NCBI GenBank assembly: GCA_013265495.1
Contig: MU061578.1
Span: 257,308 to 321,307 of the forward strand
Length of the DNA: 64,000 nt
Direction: 5' to 3'
Source: Vicugna vicugna
Taxonomy: Eukaryota
Below, piece by piece: positions 1-13,184 of this stretch (positions within the stretch are counted from its first letter, which is position 1; every line of letters begins with the position of its first letter). The notes under the pieces are model-generated. The model worked only from the letters and a program-made list of their open reading frames with translations, made no database searches and had not been told where the DNA came from. Position numbers and translations under genes: made by a program.

Positions 1-1029
1 TGATCATCAGAGGTTCTTCAGAGAGGTGCAGATACAAGATGGATATATCTTTATCTTACTAATACTGGTAACTGTTCACAGCATACCTTGAGTATATTAT
101 TGGGCTATAAGCGCTCCCTGACCCTCAACCCTGGTGGAAGTGGGGGGCGGGCAGTGAAGGAGACGAAAGAAAAATCAGGAAAAAATAGGGAAAATGGATT
201 GTCTATCTCAAATAAAAAATAACCGCAGTTCTCTGTCTATTTTAAAATACTGTTTATTATTTAGTGCCACACAGTTGCTAACAGCTTTAGCCAAACTAGA
301 ACCACAAGTGATATGTGTGTTAGTATTCTTCTTACCAAATTATTTTTGAAACATCCCAACAGTCATATTCTAGAAAGGAAAAAAAAAATGTGTGTTAGCG
401 AAAGGTTCTCATGATGGAAATTCAACTGAAGGGAATAAACTGATAATTTTTTTAATTAAGAGAAAACAATATAATTATTTTTAAAAAAGTGAGCCTGGGA
501 CCTTAAAATAAAATGGGATGATAAACTCTTTGCTGGCAAAGTTGCAATTTCTCTGTTGGATTTTGGATCTGGCTTTTATTATTAAGGCTGGTGCTGAAAG
601 CTGGCATTTTGACAGGAACATGGAGCGTTTGTCACTATCTGGGAAAGAGATAGACGTTGAATGACATTTCGGAAGAAATGTATACATTTTGGGTCTAAGT
701 GCTTTCTCCTTACCAGGAAAATTCCACTAGCAAGTAACTGATTGGTTATCTTGAGTTTCCAATTCTCATGGCTATTTAAATGAAAACAGAATTAAAGTGG
801 GTTGTTTTTTTCCTTTTTCTTTACCTTTGGGGGAAATGGAAAGACTTCGCTATGGGCAGCATCCTTTCCAGATAAGAGCGAGGCTAGAATAACCCAATGG
901 AGGCTTCTTTGTCCCCAGTGGTAAAGTAATTGAGGGAGCATAGAACACACCCCTCATGAGGGAGCTGAGGTCCACGATCACGGAGGAGATTGTTTCAGTC
1001 TCTAAGTCCTACTTATTAATGCACATACT

Positions 1030-1280
1030 CAAGTGAGAAGCATGGCAATGAAGAGAGAGGATGTCAGGAATGTCACCCAGGAGACTTGGATTTTTCTAGA
1101 TCGGTTGCTTCCCAGCTGTGAGACACTGGGCGAGTCACTTTCTACATCTGGCTTCTTTGTTAAAAGCAGGTAGAGTGGAGCAGACACACTCCTCACCTTG
1201 CTGTGAGCATCAACTCTGATGAAATGCTGGGAAAGCTCTAGAATACTATACAAATATATGCAGCTGTGATTATGATGCTG
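1030..1280 (+). mobile_element. MIR SINE (decayed)
   Basis: MIR-like core 'cagctgtgagacactgggcgagtcactttctacatctggcttctttgttaaaa' followed by 'gaaatgctgggaaagctctaga'. Confidence 0.65.
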
Positions 1281-1948
1281 TTTGTGGTCCTGAAGGGGCA
1301 AGAGAGAGCCTGCAATTAGAGGGAGGGATGAACAAGAGGAAGAGGAAGGCCAGCCTGGAGATGCAAGTTGACGGTACCCACTTTCTGGTGAGTAGATGGG
1401 TGGCTTATGCCTGTTACACCAAATTAGGTTTAGTTTTCCTTCTTTGGATCTTACCCTACCAATAGGTCAAACACTGCCTTCCTAATGTAGATTGCTGAAT
1501 AGTTATAAAAGATTATTTACCTGCCATAAATAAGAGGTCAAGGTTTCTGCTCACGGCAGCTTAACTTCATGGGGTATTTTGTATCATGGCTACTCTTGGC
1601 CTTCCATACATGGTTTCTCTCTTCTTGCCCTGAGCTTCTTTCCTTTTATCTATGGCCTTCTACAGTTCTCAGGCAGATCAATAAAAGCCAAACCCAAAGT
1701 TACTGAAACTTGGGGAAGTCGTCCTTTTAAAGACAAGGGTCTTGGGGCAAGGAGTGGGAATCAGGTGATGATTCCAATTCTTCTCCCAGCAGAGAGATTA
1801 GGCTCAGGAATCCCTTCTCTTCAATGCACAGCAGTGTTTTGGATGTTTAGATGTTAGTGTTTTCTGGACTGAATACCCATAGCAAAAGTTCCTTGAGGTT
1901 TTTTTTTTGGTAATCATTTCCACCTTTCTGGGGCTAATTGCTGTATCA

Positions 1949-2302
1949 TGTTTATGAAGATCCTGACAGTGCTGAACTTTCCATGAGCCCTGTACTCCCT
2001 GGAAAATGGTGATGATTAAGAAATACCCTCATCCTTTAGTGTTCCAGGGAAATGGATAACCACAAAGGACCACCTTTCTCTTGCATATCCCGAGATAAGA
2101 CCTACCTCCACTTCTTTGACTCAGATATGACAGTTCCCATCCTTTCTCATGATTCCCATAAGACTTGTGAATGACTTCCTTGCCTACCTGCCTCTATAAA
2201 ACCCCAGGCCCCCTTCCTTTCCATGGAGACATTCTAATTAATGAATGTTCTCCTTATTGCAATAGCCTGAATGAAATCATCTGGAGCATTTTGTCTTTGA
2301 CA
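1949..2302 (+). mobile_element. ERV solo LTR (LTR47/MER72-like)
   Basis: TG...CA ends ('ttgtctttgaca' at 2302), TATA 'ctataaaa' ~2194, degenerate polyA signal 'aatgaaa' ~2270; 5' part resembles the LTR47/MER72 group from memory; no clear TSD. Confidence 0.7.
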
Positions 2303-2689
2303 ACCCACGTTGAATGATTTTTCCAAACCAGAGGGAAATTCAGGTCCCCATCAAGGCCATAAAAGACAAGAAGGAAAAAGATTATGGGGAATCAGCAGGG
2401 AAGTCCTTAAAAAATGAGCTACAGCTAGACTGAGGAAGGAACAAAAGGGAAATTTGTATGCAAATAGATCAGCATTCAAACTTCTCTGCTTTAAGGCAAG
2501 CATTGCATCCTTGGCAAAGGGAAGGGAAAGGATGTGGGGTAATAAAAGATGCCCTTGTTGGCACATACGTTTTCTCTATGTTATTACAATCATTAAGTCC
2601 TATAGTATATGTTAACATCCTAGGGGCCCTGGACACCAACCTGAACATATGCAAAGGCTGGAACAAGAGCATGAGACTGGGAATCGTGG

Positions 2690-3052
2690 AATATCTCCAA
2701 AGTTTTTGACTTTAGGAGCAATGCCCTTGAATGCTGGAGTTTCCCAATATTCCATTCTGAAAGCTGAAAATGTCTGGGAGTTTTGCCTTTCATCCCAATG
2801 GCTGCTGCCAATGACTAGTGGGAAAGTACAAAGTCTAGTGCCTTTGACTCAGGGCTTGGGGATAACTTTTGGTCCAGAGATGGCCATGAGTTCAGGCTGA
2901 ATTTAGAACTTCACCCATAACTGCCTTTTGATTAGCTTCTTTCCTTTTCCTATTGTAATTTCTCCACTCCCTTATTGGACCTTTTTCTTAATGAATCAAG
3001 TGAACTTGAATCCTTGGTTTAGGGTTTGCTTCTGAGGGACCAGACCTAAGGA
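2690..3052 (+). mobile_element. LTR16-like ERVL solo LTR fragment
   Basis: 3' end 'aatgaatcaagtgaacttgaatccttggtttagggtttgcttctgagggaccagacctaag' resembles the LTR16 terminus. Confidence 0.7.
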
Positions 3053-3149
3053 ACTCTATTGACCCACTATGGAAGGAAAGAAGGAAGGAGAGAAAGGAAG
3101 GAGGAAGGGAGGACAGAAGCGGTAAACAGCTTCGTAGCAGCAAGACAAC

Positions 3150-3360
3150 CACAGAGCAATGGGAAGAATCCTTGGTTTTTGACTGGCAGCCCTGTATTTC
3201 AGTTCCAGCTCTGCCACTTTCCAGCTGTTTAATCTTGGACGTGTTGCTTCCCCAACCAAGTTTCAACTTCCTTTTAGTAAAGACGTCACTGACTCAAGGT
3301 TGGTACAATACTTAAGGAAGGTAATGCTTTTGAGTGAATCCAGCACACGGCCAGCTCATT
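3150..3360 (+). mobile_element. MIR SINE
   Basis: 'ttcagttccagctctgccactttccagctgtttaatcttggacgtgttgcttcccc...agtttcaacttcc' MIR core. Confidence 0.65.
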
Positions 3361-3548
3361 AAAACACACCATGGTCTTTCAAGTGAAGTCCACAGGAGAA
3401 TCTGCCTTCTCTAGCGTGAAGCTGATCCCAGCATTTCCGTCCTTGTTCTGAAGAGAAGTGTTTACCTACATCTTTCTCTTTCCTCAGCTATGGCCTGTGG
3501 GTTTAGGTAGTAGAAACGAAAGCAGAGAAAAAGTGTGGTTTCTTAGTT

Positions 3549-3725
3549 CAGTAGATTTCAAAGTGTTACGGGCACAAAAATCACCTGAGGTCTTTGTTAA
3601 AATTATAGATTTCCAGATTCTCCCAAGAGAATCTAGTTCAGAGGATATGAGCTGGCCCTGGAAGTCAAGTTTTTTATAAGCTCTGTGAGCCCAAGGCTGG
3701 CGATCCACAGACCTTAGTTTTCACA
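3549..3725. mobile_element. MER5-type hAT-Charlie MITE
   Basis: 'cagtagatttcaaagtg...aatcacctgaggtctttgttaaaattatagatttccag' MER5A/B-like. Confidence 0.65.
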
Positions 3726-4504
3726 GGCATCGCCCTACGTTCAGAGACCAAGTGTTCACCGGCACAGTTCTCTCCATCTTTGATGCTCTGAGTTCTGCTT
3801 GCCTGTGGGCATGACTGTCCCTGCTGGCTCTTTCCAGCCAAGGCTGGATGCTCTGTGTCACCTCACAGACCCCAGCTGCTTTGCTGGGCTCTTGGATCCA
3901 GCTGCCTTTTGGTCTACTGGGCCCCACTGGGTTGACACTTTGCTCCGCACATCGATGAATTCATTCATGGACATCAATGAGCACTTGTCCATTTAGGGCA
4001 AAACAAATGAGCTGATGTTTCTGAGAAACCCTGAGATGACACAGATGATCAATCACAGCATGCCGTGGGTCCACCTAGCCCTGGAAGGTGACAGATCCAT
4101 TATGGCCGATTAAGACCAAGAATGACAAGAAGCTAAGGCCCGGCCTCGTCCATGGCACCTGTGATGAGGCCAGAGTCCAGCCTCTGACTCTGACTGAGAA
4201 CGCTGCCACTGCTAGTCATTACACGTTTGCATACCTAGTCACTCACGTCTCAATCAATGTGCTGACTTATTACATTCAATGCAGCTTGGTCACCAGTGCC
4301 TCCCCAGGCCTGTCCAATAGTTCCCCCCAACAGAACCCCCTACACCCCAAGTTCCTGAAGGTTCCACAAAACAGCCTCCTTTCCCATCTACATCATCCTG
4401 CTGGACATAGGATGGATATGGGAGGAAAATGCATTTACTGTTTATAAGACTTTCTTGTTTTCAAGTTACCCATTTTACCCCTTGAGAAGCACTCAAATCT
4501 AGTC

Positions 4505-4702
4505 CAGGAGTCAGCAGACTTTTTCTGTGAAGGGCTACATATTTTAGGCTTTGTGGACCAGATGGTCTCTGTGGTAATTACTCAATTTTGCTGTCACAGC
4601 ATGAAAGTAGTCATAGATAACGGGCAAACAGAAGTGGGTGTGGCTGTGCTGTAATAAAATGTCAGATGGTAGACTGGATTTGGTTCATGGGCCATAGTTT
4701 GT
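4505..4702 (+). mobile_element. MER58A hAT-Charlie MITE
   Basis: 'caggagtcagcagactttttctgtgaagggc...ggatttggttcatgggccatagtttg'; near-TSD atctagtc (4497-4504) / aactagtc (4703-4710). Confidence 0.85.
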
Positions 4703-4711
4703 AACTAGTCC

Positions 4712-5270
4712 ATCTTTATTCATTCAACAAATATTTTTTGGGCATCTCCACGTGTCAGGCAACTTCCACAGAGGATACAGCAATGGGGCAAGACAGACGC
4801 AGTCCCTGCCCTCATGGAGCCTATCTTTTGATAGTTGGGAATGGCTAATAAAGAACTAATAATACAAGGAATGTTTAATTGTTATTGCAGCAGGTGCTCT
4901 GAAGTGCAAGTTGGGTTAGAAGTGAGTAACAGGAGACACAAGGATTTACAGGGGAGAATGATGTAGAATGAGTAACAAGGGAAGTCCTGAAGTGGAAGGA
5001 ATTTGGCACATCAAGAGACTCAGGGTAACTGTCGCCCAGAGGAAGAGGAAGAGAAGTGTCAGATCCAGAGTTTGGTGCTTCTAGCTGAGGAAGTGAGTAT
5101 CCGAGTTGTGATGGGAAATCTCCAAGGTGTTTTAAAGCAGGAGAGCAGCACAAGTAGATTTAGGTTTCAGAACAATTTATCTGGCCACAGTTTGGAGAAC
5201 AGACAGGCAGGTAATGATAAATCCAAGAAGACCAGATAGAAGGTTCCTGCAGTACTTCATCAATTCTGGT
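4712..5270 (-). mobile_element. L2 LINE 3' fragment
   Basis: Starts 'tttattcattcaacaaatattttttgggcatctccacgtgtcaggc', then 'agtccctgccctcatggagcct', the typical L2 3' end in reverse orientation. Confidence 0.8.
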
Positions 5271-5930
5271 TCTCTTTTCTGCCAACCTCACTCATGAGGT
5301 CTGGGATTTCATAAAATGTCTATGCCGGAAGTCACCACATTGAGTCAAGGCTGCCCATTCACTGTGAATGCACATCCTTGGTGATGCTTCTGTTCTTGGA
5401 AAACAGTCTACCTGTTGTGCTGGGCACAGGATTCCGATGGGGAAGAGTGGGCACTGAAGCTGGAGAGCTGGACCAGGGTCAGATAGTGCGGAGGAGCCTG
5501 TTAACTATAAGGGATGCAGACTTGTAGAAACCATAGCCCTTCCCTCTTGCCAAGTGAGGCTCTGCATTTCAAGGCCACCTGGACCTTCTGAAGCTTTGCT
5601 TATAGCCAATTCAAGTAATGATCATTTTGCTGATGTCTTTTGAAGATGTTATCACGTTGCAGAGTGTCTGCGTATTCTAAGGCGTTTTATAACTCTACTT
5701 GGAATGCACTGATATGTAGATCATTAAGCAGAACAGACCTTCTCGCTGAAAGGAGAACTAATTGCAGTTTTCAGATGCCATTTTCATTTGCTATTTGGCA
5801 GAGATACCACAGTCACGGTCTTCCTATTTCTATTAACCACAAGGGCTGGGACAAAGTCATCCTATCTCCTTGTTGGCAAGCCTTCATTTCAGTCTGTCAG
5901 CAGCGTGGCTACTTAGGCAATAAAGAGAGA

Positions 5931-6417
5931 TGTGAAGCCAGCCTCTGAGATGGCCCCCAAGGATCACACCTCCTGCTATTCACACACTTGTGGTACACCC
6001 TCTCAAACTGTGCCCCGGTTGATCTATGTGACCAATAGCATTTGGCAGAGGTGCTGATTTGTTACTTCTAGGATTAGGTTGTAGAAGATATCACAGCTTT
6101 CATCTCAGTCATGCTCTTTCTTTTGAATCACTCATTTGGTGAGAAACTGGTCTGTGGCTTGTGGGTGTCTCGGTGGAGAGAGCCATATGGCAAGAAACAA
6201 GAGTCTCTTGCCTACAGCCAGGTGAGTGAGCTTGGACATGCACGGCCTCAGTCAGGTCTTCAGATGACAGCAGTTCCAGATAACAGCTTAAGAGCAACCA
6301 CATGAGAGATTTCTAGCCAGAGGTAGTCAGATAAGCTTTACCCAGATAATCAATGTTTGTTGTCTTCAATTCTAAGCTTTGGGATAACTTGTTACACAGT
6401 AACAGTTAACAAATACA
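5931..6417 (+). mobile_element. MLT1F-like MaLR solo LTR
   Basis: 5' 'tgtgaagccagcctctgagatggcccccaaggatc', 3' 'ctaagctttgggataacttgttacacagtaacagttaacaaataca'. Confidence 0.85.
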
Positions 6418-6911
6418 AGAGACAAACACATAGGTGCCTTCAACAATCTATCCTTGTATGGATGTCCATGACATGTCTGGCAAGAAGGTCCCTCTTGTCT
6501 GGAGGATGGAGACTGAGGCAGGATCTGGGGCTGGGAATTGGATGTCCTCATTGTGGCCACTAACAACTTTTGTGGCCTGGGGTAAGTCACTCTCCCTTTG
6601 TGGACCTTCTTTTCCCTTGCTATAAAAGCAAGAAATTGGATAAGATGAGATCCAGAGTCCCTTCTCTGATACTTGGGCATTTGGTGGTCGATGTAACAAA
6701 TACTTGTAACCCCACATGGGCACACATGCATGCATGTGCACACACAAGTGAAGAGTTAAGTTAGTAATTAACAGGTGTTGAACAGGCATTTAGTTACACA
6801 GGAATTACCAATTAATCCTCACAACAGCCAAAAAAACTAGGTGGTTCTACAATCACCATTTATTAGACTGGGATATTCAGGCTCAGAAAGCTTAATTTTA
6901 ATTTGGGGGAC

Positions 6912-7534
6912 TATTCATTTTCTGTTGCTGCATAACACATTACCATAAATTTAGTGGCTTAAAACAACATCCACTTGTTATCTCACAGTTTCTGTGGGTT
7001 AGGAATCTAGGCATGGCTTAGCTGGGTCCTCTGCTCAGGGTTTTAGAAGTTTGTGATCAAGGTGTCAGTCAAGGTTGCATTCTCATCTGTAATCAGTGTC
7101 TTCTTCCAAGTTCTCCCAATATGTTGGCAGAACATAGTTCCATGCAGTTGTAGGATTGAAACCTTCAGCGCCCAGGGGCAGCCCCCCAACCCCCATAAGT
7201 AGTTTGCAACATGGCTCTTTGATTATTCAAGTAGCAAGAGAGCACCTCTCTCTCCAGAAGAGTCTCAGTCCTTCTTTAAAGGCTTCTACCTGATTAGGTC
7301 AGGCTCATCAGGATAAAATCTCTTTTGATGAACTCAAAACTAATCGACTCTGGATTTTAATTATATCTTTAGAATCCCTTTACCTTTGCCATAAAATGCA
7401 ACCTAATCATGGGAGTGACAACCCATCATATTCACAGGTCCTGCCCACACTCAAGAGGAGGGAATCATCTGGATCCTGGACTCAGATGAGTGTGGGGTAA
7501 ATCTTCAGGCCATCTTAGAAGTCTGCCTACCACA
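6912..7534 (-). mobile_element. MLT1E/F-like MaLR solo LTR inserted into a MIR (MIR halves ~6780-6900 and ~7535-7610)
   Basis: 'ttgctgcataacacattaccataaatttagtggcttaaaacaac' to 'ggccatcttagaagtctgcctaccaca'; MIR-like sequence resumes on both sides. Confidence 0.85.
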
Positions 7535-7704
7535 GACACAGAATTAGGAAACAATAAAAGTGGAATTTCAAATTTAGGTCTTTTTGACTCCAATGTTCAT
7601 GTTTTAAATCACTAGTCATAAATTCTCTACTGAGAGCTCTTTGGGGGTCTTTGTCTTTGTATGGCCAAGTGCTTAGCACTTAATAACGGCTCCAATATTT
7701 ATTG

Positions 7705-8200
7705 TGGTCCTGGCCAGGATGCTTTTGATTGCCAGTGACAGAAATCAAACACAAATTATCTTAAGAAAACAAGAGAACTTGACCACTAGCTGAGAAGTCT
7801 GGAGCTAGATACAGGGGTGTGAACAATATTCTTGGGGTTCTGTTTTTCTCATTTCAGTGCTCTGTGGCTGCATCCTGAGGATAACTTCTCATATGGTGGT
7901 AAAAAGGGCCACAGGCAGCTATAATCTTATATCCTTGTGGCTCAAAATCCAAAAGGAAAGAACTTTTCCACCACAGCATCCATATATCAAAAATTAAGAC
8001 AGACTAATTGGCCTGAGTTATGTCCTTTCTGGAGCCAAACTCTATCTGGAGGAGTAAGTCCTCTGACTGGTCAGCCTCAGTCGCATGACCACTCCCCAGC
8101 CACAGCAGAAGGACACCAAAATTAACAGCTTTCCCAGGAGGATGTAGAATATCCAAAGTGCAGTTCCTGAAATTAGAGCTGGACACTTATCAAAAGGAGG
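7705..8200 (-). mobile_element. MLT1J/K/L-like old MaLR LTR
   Basis: 'ggccaggatgcttttgattgccagtgacagaaatcaaacacaaattatcttaag' and 'ctaattggcctgagttatgtcc...ctctgactggtcagcctcagtcgcatgacc'. Confidence 0.7.
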
Positions 8201-9448
8201 AAGTGGTGCTGGGCTGATAAGAACACTGGCTATACACAAAGACCAGAGATAAAGCTCTTCAACCCTCTGCATTAGGCAAAATGGTTGTAACAATACCTTT
8301 GGGTGGATGTGGAGACTTAACCTTTCAATCACATAGAACTGAGAAAGTTAAATACAAAGTTTTCATTCTGTCTCTTAATTCTCAAGCATCTGAATTACTG
8401 AGATGAGGGTGGGGCCTGGACTCAATGTGTGGAGTGAACAAAAGATGCCCTTCCCAGGGCTAATTATTTCAGAAACTTTGTAGGTGAGTTCATTGCCGAG
8501 ATTCAGATTCGTTAAACTTATCTTAGCCTGGGGAGCTTTCTCCATGGTATTCTAGGTTTTTAAATGAGCATAACTCCAGGCGAACCACATTAGCACACAC
8601 TCTCTGTGTTATGGTGGCCTAACCTCAAGGAGCTAATACAACTTAATAGTATGGTTTGGAAAAGGTGGAAGATATCCTTAGGATGAAACTAACCTTTATT
8701 TTATGAGCATTTCAATAAAGGAATGGAGGAATCCATCGAAAGGGCTGATGGCAGGGTTAAGGTACTAAATCCTCTCTTCACTGGGAGAGAGTACCCTCTG
8801 GAAAGTATCTCCCCACTCCGCCCACCACACCCCCTAATTTCTGGGAGGCATATCATTTCTATCTGTTTGCTTGTGTCTCTCTGTGTGTGTCTTTATTTCC
8901 ACTTCATACAGATCACACGGATATTTTATCACTTTGCTCTTAAAAGTTTTTAAGCTCACTTTGTCTGCTTTTCAGGCCTTGCATTTGGGAACTTCTTCAG
9001 AGAAAGAACTCAGGCTCCTCCAAACTCTTGTCTGAAGATGATTCAACAGTTGTGACAAGTCAGAGCTCTTTCCATCTTTCACTTCCATAGGGAGAGGGAA
9101 GTGGAACCATGGCCAACTTTCTATGAAATTTAATTTTCCAAAGTGGTGACTCCACCTTGCAGCTAGGCACGGAGGAAATGCTGAGGTATTATAAGGACAA
9201 CTCGGGCTTACCTCTGCCTTGCTCATCATCCAAAGCTCACAGCCCTCCTTCATTTCCTGCCGGGCACACTCTCCCTATCCCAACCTCACCTCTTCAGCCC
9301 AAAGTCATAGGAAACAAGCATGGGTGGGAAAAAAAAATCAAATATATGCAATTTAAATAGGAAAACATAAAAGAATCAGCTGCCTCCTGTTAATATGTGG
9401 CTCCAGTGAGTTTGCTAGAGTCATGAAGGCTTTCTTGTAACCCGTGGT

Positions 9449-9990
9449 ATATGGCAAGCAGCTTTTAAGGAACTCTACTAATTCCTGGTATTCATGCCCC
9501 TGTGTAATCTCCTCTCCTTGAGTGTGGACTTGACCTAGGGACTCACTCCTAGCCAGTAGAATAGGGCAGGAATGATGGGATTTTACTTCTAGAAATAGGT
9601 TACACAGAGATGGTGGCTTCAGTCTTGAGCGTTCTTTCATAGTCTCTCACCTGTCCACTCACCAGGGTGTGAGGTGCCCTAGGAGAGACTTGTGTGTCTA
9701 GGAACGAGGGTGGGCTGCGGCTGAAGGAATGGATGACCTCAGTCCCACAGTCCGCACAGGACTGGATCCTGGCAACAACCCTGAGAGAGTTTCGAAGTGG
9801 ATCCTCCCTCAAGATGAGACTGAAGCTTAGTCCAAGGCATTAAGTGCAACCTTGGGAGGGGTCTTGGGGCAGATGCACCCAGCTGACCTGTGTTCAGATT
9901 CATGACCGACAGAGATGAAGAAAATAAATGATTACTGTTTGAAGCCACTAAGTTTTGGGATAATTTGTTATGCAGATACAGATAATCTGT
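9449..9990 (+). mobile_element. MLT1F-like MaLR solo LTR
   Basis: 'cctggtattcatgcccctgtgtaatctcctctccttgagtgtggacttgacctag' to 'tttgaagccactaagttttgggataatttgttatgcag'. Confidence 0.85.
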
Positions 9991-10039
9991 CTCTCTCTTC
10001 ACTCTCTCTCTCAGTATACACACTTGTCAGGAAAGATAT

Positions 10040-10690
10040 GCTGCTCTCTTACAGAAACTGAAGTGCAGAGAACTGAGGAGTTTGTCCCATATCACACAGA
10101 GGGCAGGGCTAGGATTCGGTGACACTCTGCTATTTACCCGACACTCTATCCTGTGCTTCAGCTATGTGCCCTTGTGGAATCCTCATCTCATCCCTGTAAG
10201 GTACATATTTTTATCCTCCATTTAAAAACAAGAAAACTGAAGATAAGAGAGGTCCAGTATCCTTCCTAAAGCCACACAATTCATACATAGAGTAGCTAGG
10301 ATTTACCTTATTTATTTATGTGTGAGGAGGTAGGGTGTTGTACCAATTTTAATGCCTTTTTCCATAAGGAGAATGCCTCATTAGTCATTCCTTTTTGGTG
10401 CCTTCCTTCCCTCCACTTCATGCTGTAAGTCAGAATCGGGGAAACATGAAAATCTTTCATTTCAGAAAATGTTAAGAGGAGACTCAGCGTCTTAAATCAC
10501 AATCTGCAGTCGCTCTTAATGAAAAATGAAACTAGCATCTGGGCACTTACTGTGTGCTAAGGACTATGGTTATCTTCAAATTATAGATGAGAAAACTGAG
10601 GCTCAGAAGTTTATTTGTTTCATATCCTATAGCTAGTAAGTGGCAGATTCAGAATCAAGCCAGACTCCAGAACTGCCATGCTATGCAGCC
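10040..10690 (-). mobile_element. Cluster of three MIR fragments
   Basis: Three copies of the reverse MIR core ('gaaactgaagtgcagaga', 'gaaaactgaagataagaga', 'gatgagaaaactgaggctcaga'). Confidence 0.7.
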
Positions 10691-11639
10691 TTCCTCCTCC
10701 TCCCTTCTCCTGAGCATCCTGTTCCCAGCGTCCAAAAATGGGTGTGACTCTCAAGGAGGGTAGTCTGTGAGGACCCTCATTATTTACCCCTATCTCTCGG
10801 TATGGATAAAAATTTACTATCCGTCAGACATCTGTGTTCAGGCAAGGACTAGGAGGCATATATCATTTATGAGAGTTCCTGTGAAGCATAATCATCTGAT
10901 ACAGTGTGACCCCTTATGAAGACTATCATTCTGTGAAGAGGAACTTGCAAGAGGAATTCCAGGCTGACATTTCTCAGACAGAAACAAAAAAATAACTACA
11001 ATAAATACGAAGTCCCTGCAGGTAAACCCAGACCCAATCACAGTTGACTAGTCATGTGTGAACATGGTATCCCTAATGAATTTATTTCCACACCTCAATA
11101 CACATCAGGCACTGGGCACCTACTGTGTATACATCACTGGGATGGATATCAGGGCAGAGAATGGATTGTGAGTTCTACCTTTTGGGAGGTTGGAGGGTGT
11201 ATTGGGCATCCAGCAGAGGCATGTATCAGCAATTTAATACAACACATTTAAAATAATACATAAGCAAGAGCTTCACGGTTAAGGATATAGAGACTAATTC
11301 TTCCCTTCAAACCTCCCCTCCTCTTGTTTCCTCATCTAGGTAATTGAAACACTCTCTACTCTATTGTTCTAAATGGGATCTTGGGAAATTCTCATTGAAG
11401 TGTTTGTTCTCACTCATGAACTTGAGTTGGTTTCTGTTTTCTTATTTTTAGGCTCCCTAGTATCCCTAGTATCTGGGTGGGCCCAGAGCTTGTAGGTGAT
11501 TACCTGATCAAAGGTATAGTGAATTCCTGATGAAAGCAGTGGTAGTAATAAGTGCTAAGTCTTCTTATTGGTTTTGCCACATAATTTCTGGAAAGAGCTT
11601 CACTGGTACTAGAGTCTTCTAACAAAGAGAAGTCTCAGG

Positions 11640-12370
11640 CCTGATAAAGAAGAAGTAGGAAGGTGTAGAAATTTCTAAGATATATCCCAGGTTTTATTTT
11701 AAGTGACCAGCTCATGGCTCTTTGCCAAAGATTCTGCGTAGATCTGCTTTCTTGGAAAGAGCCTCTTGCTGAGTTGAGTCTGGGGAATATATGTCAGCAT
11801 GATACACATGTTACACAAGAGGTAAGCCCAAGGTGCTATATTTAGAAAGATAGACCATGGACACAAAAGCAAGTTTGAGGGGTTAGCCAAACCACGAGAG
11901 GGACAAGGGAAGCTGAATCAATCTCAAGACTAGAAGTTTGTAAGTCATGGAGAGCAGCAGAGCGTGCTGAGGGAAGATAGAGCAGTGTGTGCAAAAGCTT
12001 GAGAGCCTGGTCTTTGCAGAGGCAAATGAGAAGCAATTGGATGGTTTAAAACAGTGGTGTTCCATGATCAGATTTCACATGGCAGGATAACCATTGTTTT
12101 GGTTATTTACAGACTGGCTTGGGAGAATAGTGGAGAGGTAGACAAGGGGATACCAGAGAGACATCTATTATGGGTGAGAGACAGTATCAGTAAGGATAAA
12201 GACAGTGGGATGGGAAAGACAGGTGATTTCAGAGATTCTGCTGGCAAAATTGACTGAATTTAATTGACATTATGAGGTCAAAGAACATTCTGTCTTGTTG
12301 ATTACCATATTCCTTTACCGCATCCAATAAGAGTTCAACACATATGTAGTAAATGAATGAAAGAATGAAT
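11640..12370. mobile_element. L2 fragments
   Basis: 'gagaagcaattggatggtttaaaacagtggtgttccatgatcagatttcacat' (L2 reverse) and a 3' tail 'catatgtagtaaatgaatgaaagaatgaat'. Confidence 0.65.
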
Positions 12371-12959
12371 TCTGGGGCCATGAATTGATAGATCTTTAGA
12401 TTGGAGTGGAGATATCAAGCTGTCCTAGTTCAGTAACACAAGCAATTAAAATGACTTTTAAAAAACGTAGCCTCCCTCTTCCAAAAAACAAAACAAAACA
12501 AAACCAAAAAACCCAGTTCCTCCTGGATTCCATGTTTATTAAATAATCTGATTTGTAATTTTACTTACTACTTAGCATTCACTGATTAGGCATGGAAAGT
12601 TTTATTTCTTCTTATACAAGAATGCATGACGTCTGGTTTCTACATGGAACCCTTAAGACTCTGGTCTGGGGGTACTGGGTGTCTTCAGGTGTCCCCAGAG
12701 ATGAGTATTTGTACTTAAGAACATAAGGCCCTATTTAGGTGACCAGTCATGCTGTTTCTCCATTATAACCTGATCTTGTTATTTCTATGATATTCCAGTG
12801 GAATCAACCATAAGTTTTATTTTGTGACTCTGAAACAATGATTACATTGCCCAAGGAAGGACCACTGTTGGGAGCATCTTAGAAAAGAGACTTAAGAAAT
12901 GGTAGTGGCCAGAGTGAAGGGACAAACCCTAGGGAACTAGTTCTGTATTAGATCTGTCC

Positions 12960-13184
12960 CAGTGGTTTTCAACTGGGGGCAATTTTGTCCACTCCACTCC
13001 CACCTAAAGACACCTGATAATGTTTAGAGACCATTTTTGTTGTCACAGTAGTGGGGAGGAGTGCCACTGGCATCTAGTTGATGGAGGCCAGAGATGCTAC
13101 TAAACATCCTACAATGTAAAGGACAGCCCCTTTCAAGAAGGGATTATCTGGCCTCAAATGTCAATGTCAACGTTGAAGAACCTG
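12960..13184 (+). mobile_element. MER20 hAT-Charlie MITE
   Basis: 'cagtggttttcaactgggggcaattttg...ctggcatctagttgatggaggccagagatgctactaaacatcctacaatg...gttgaagaacctg'. Confidence 0.9.
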
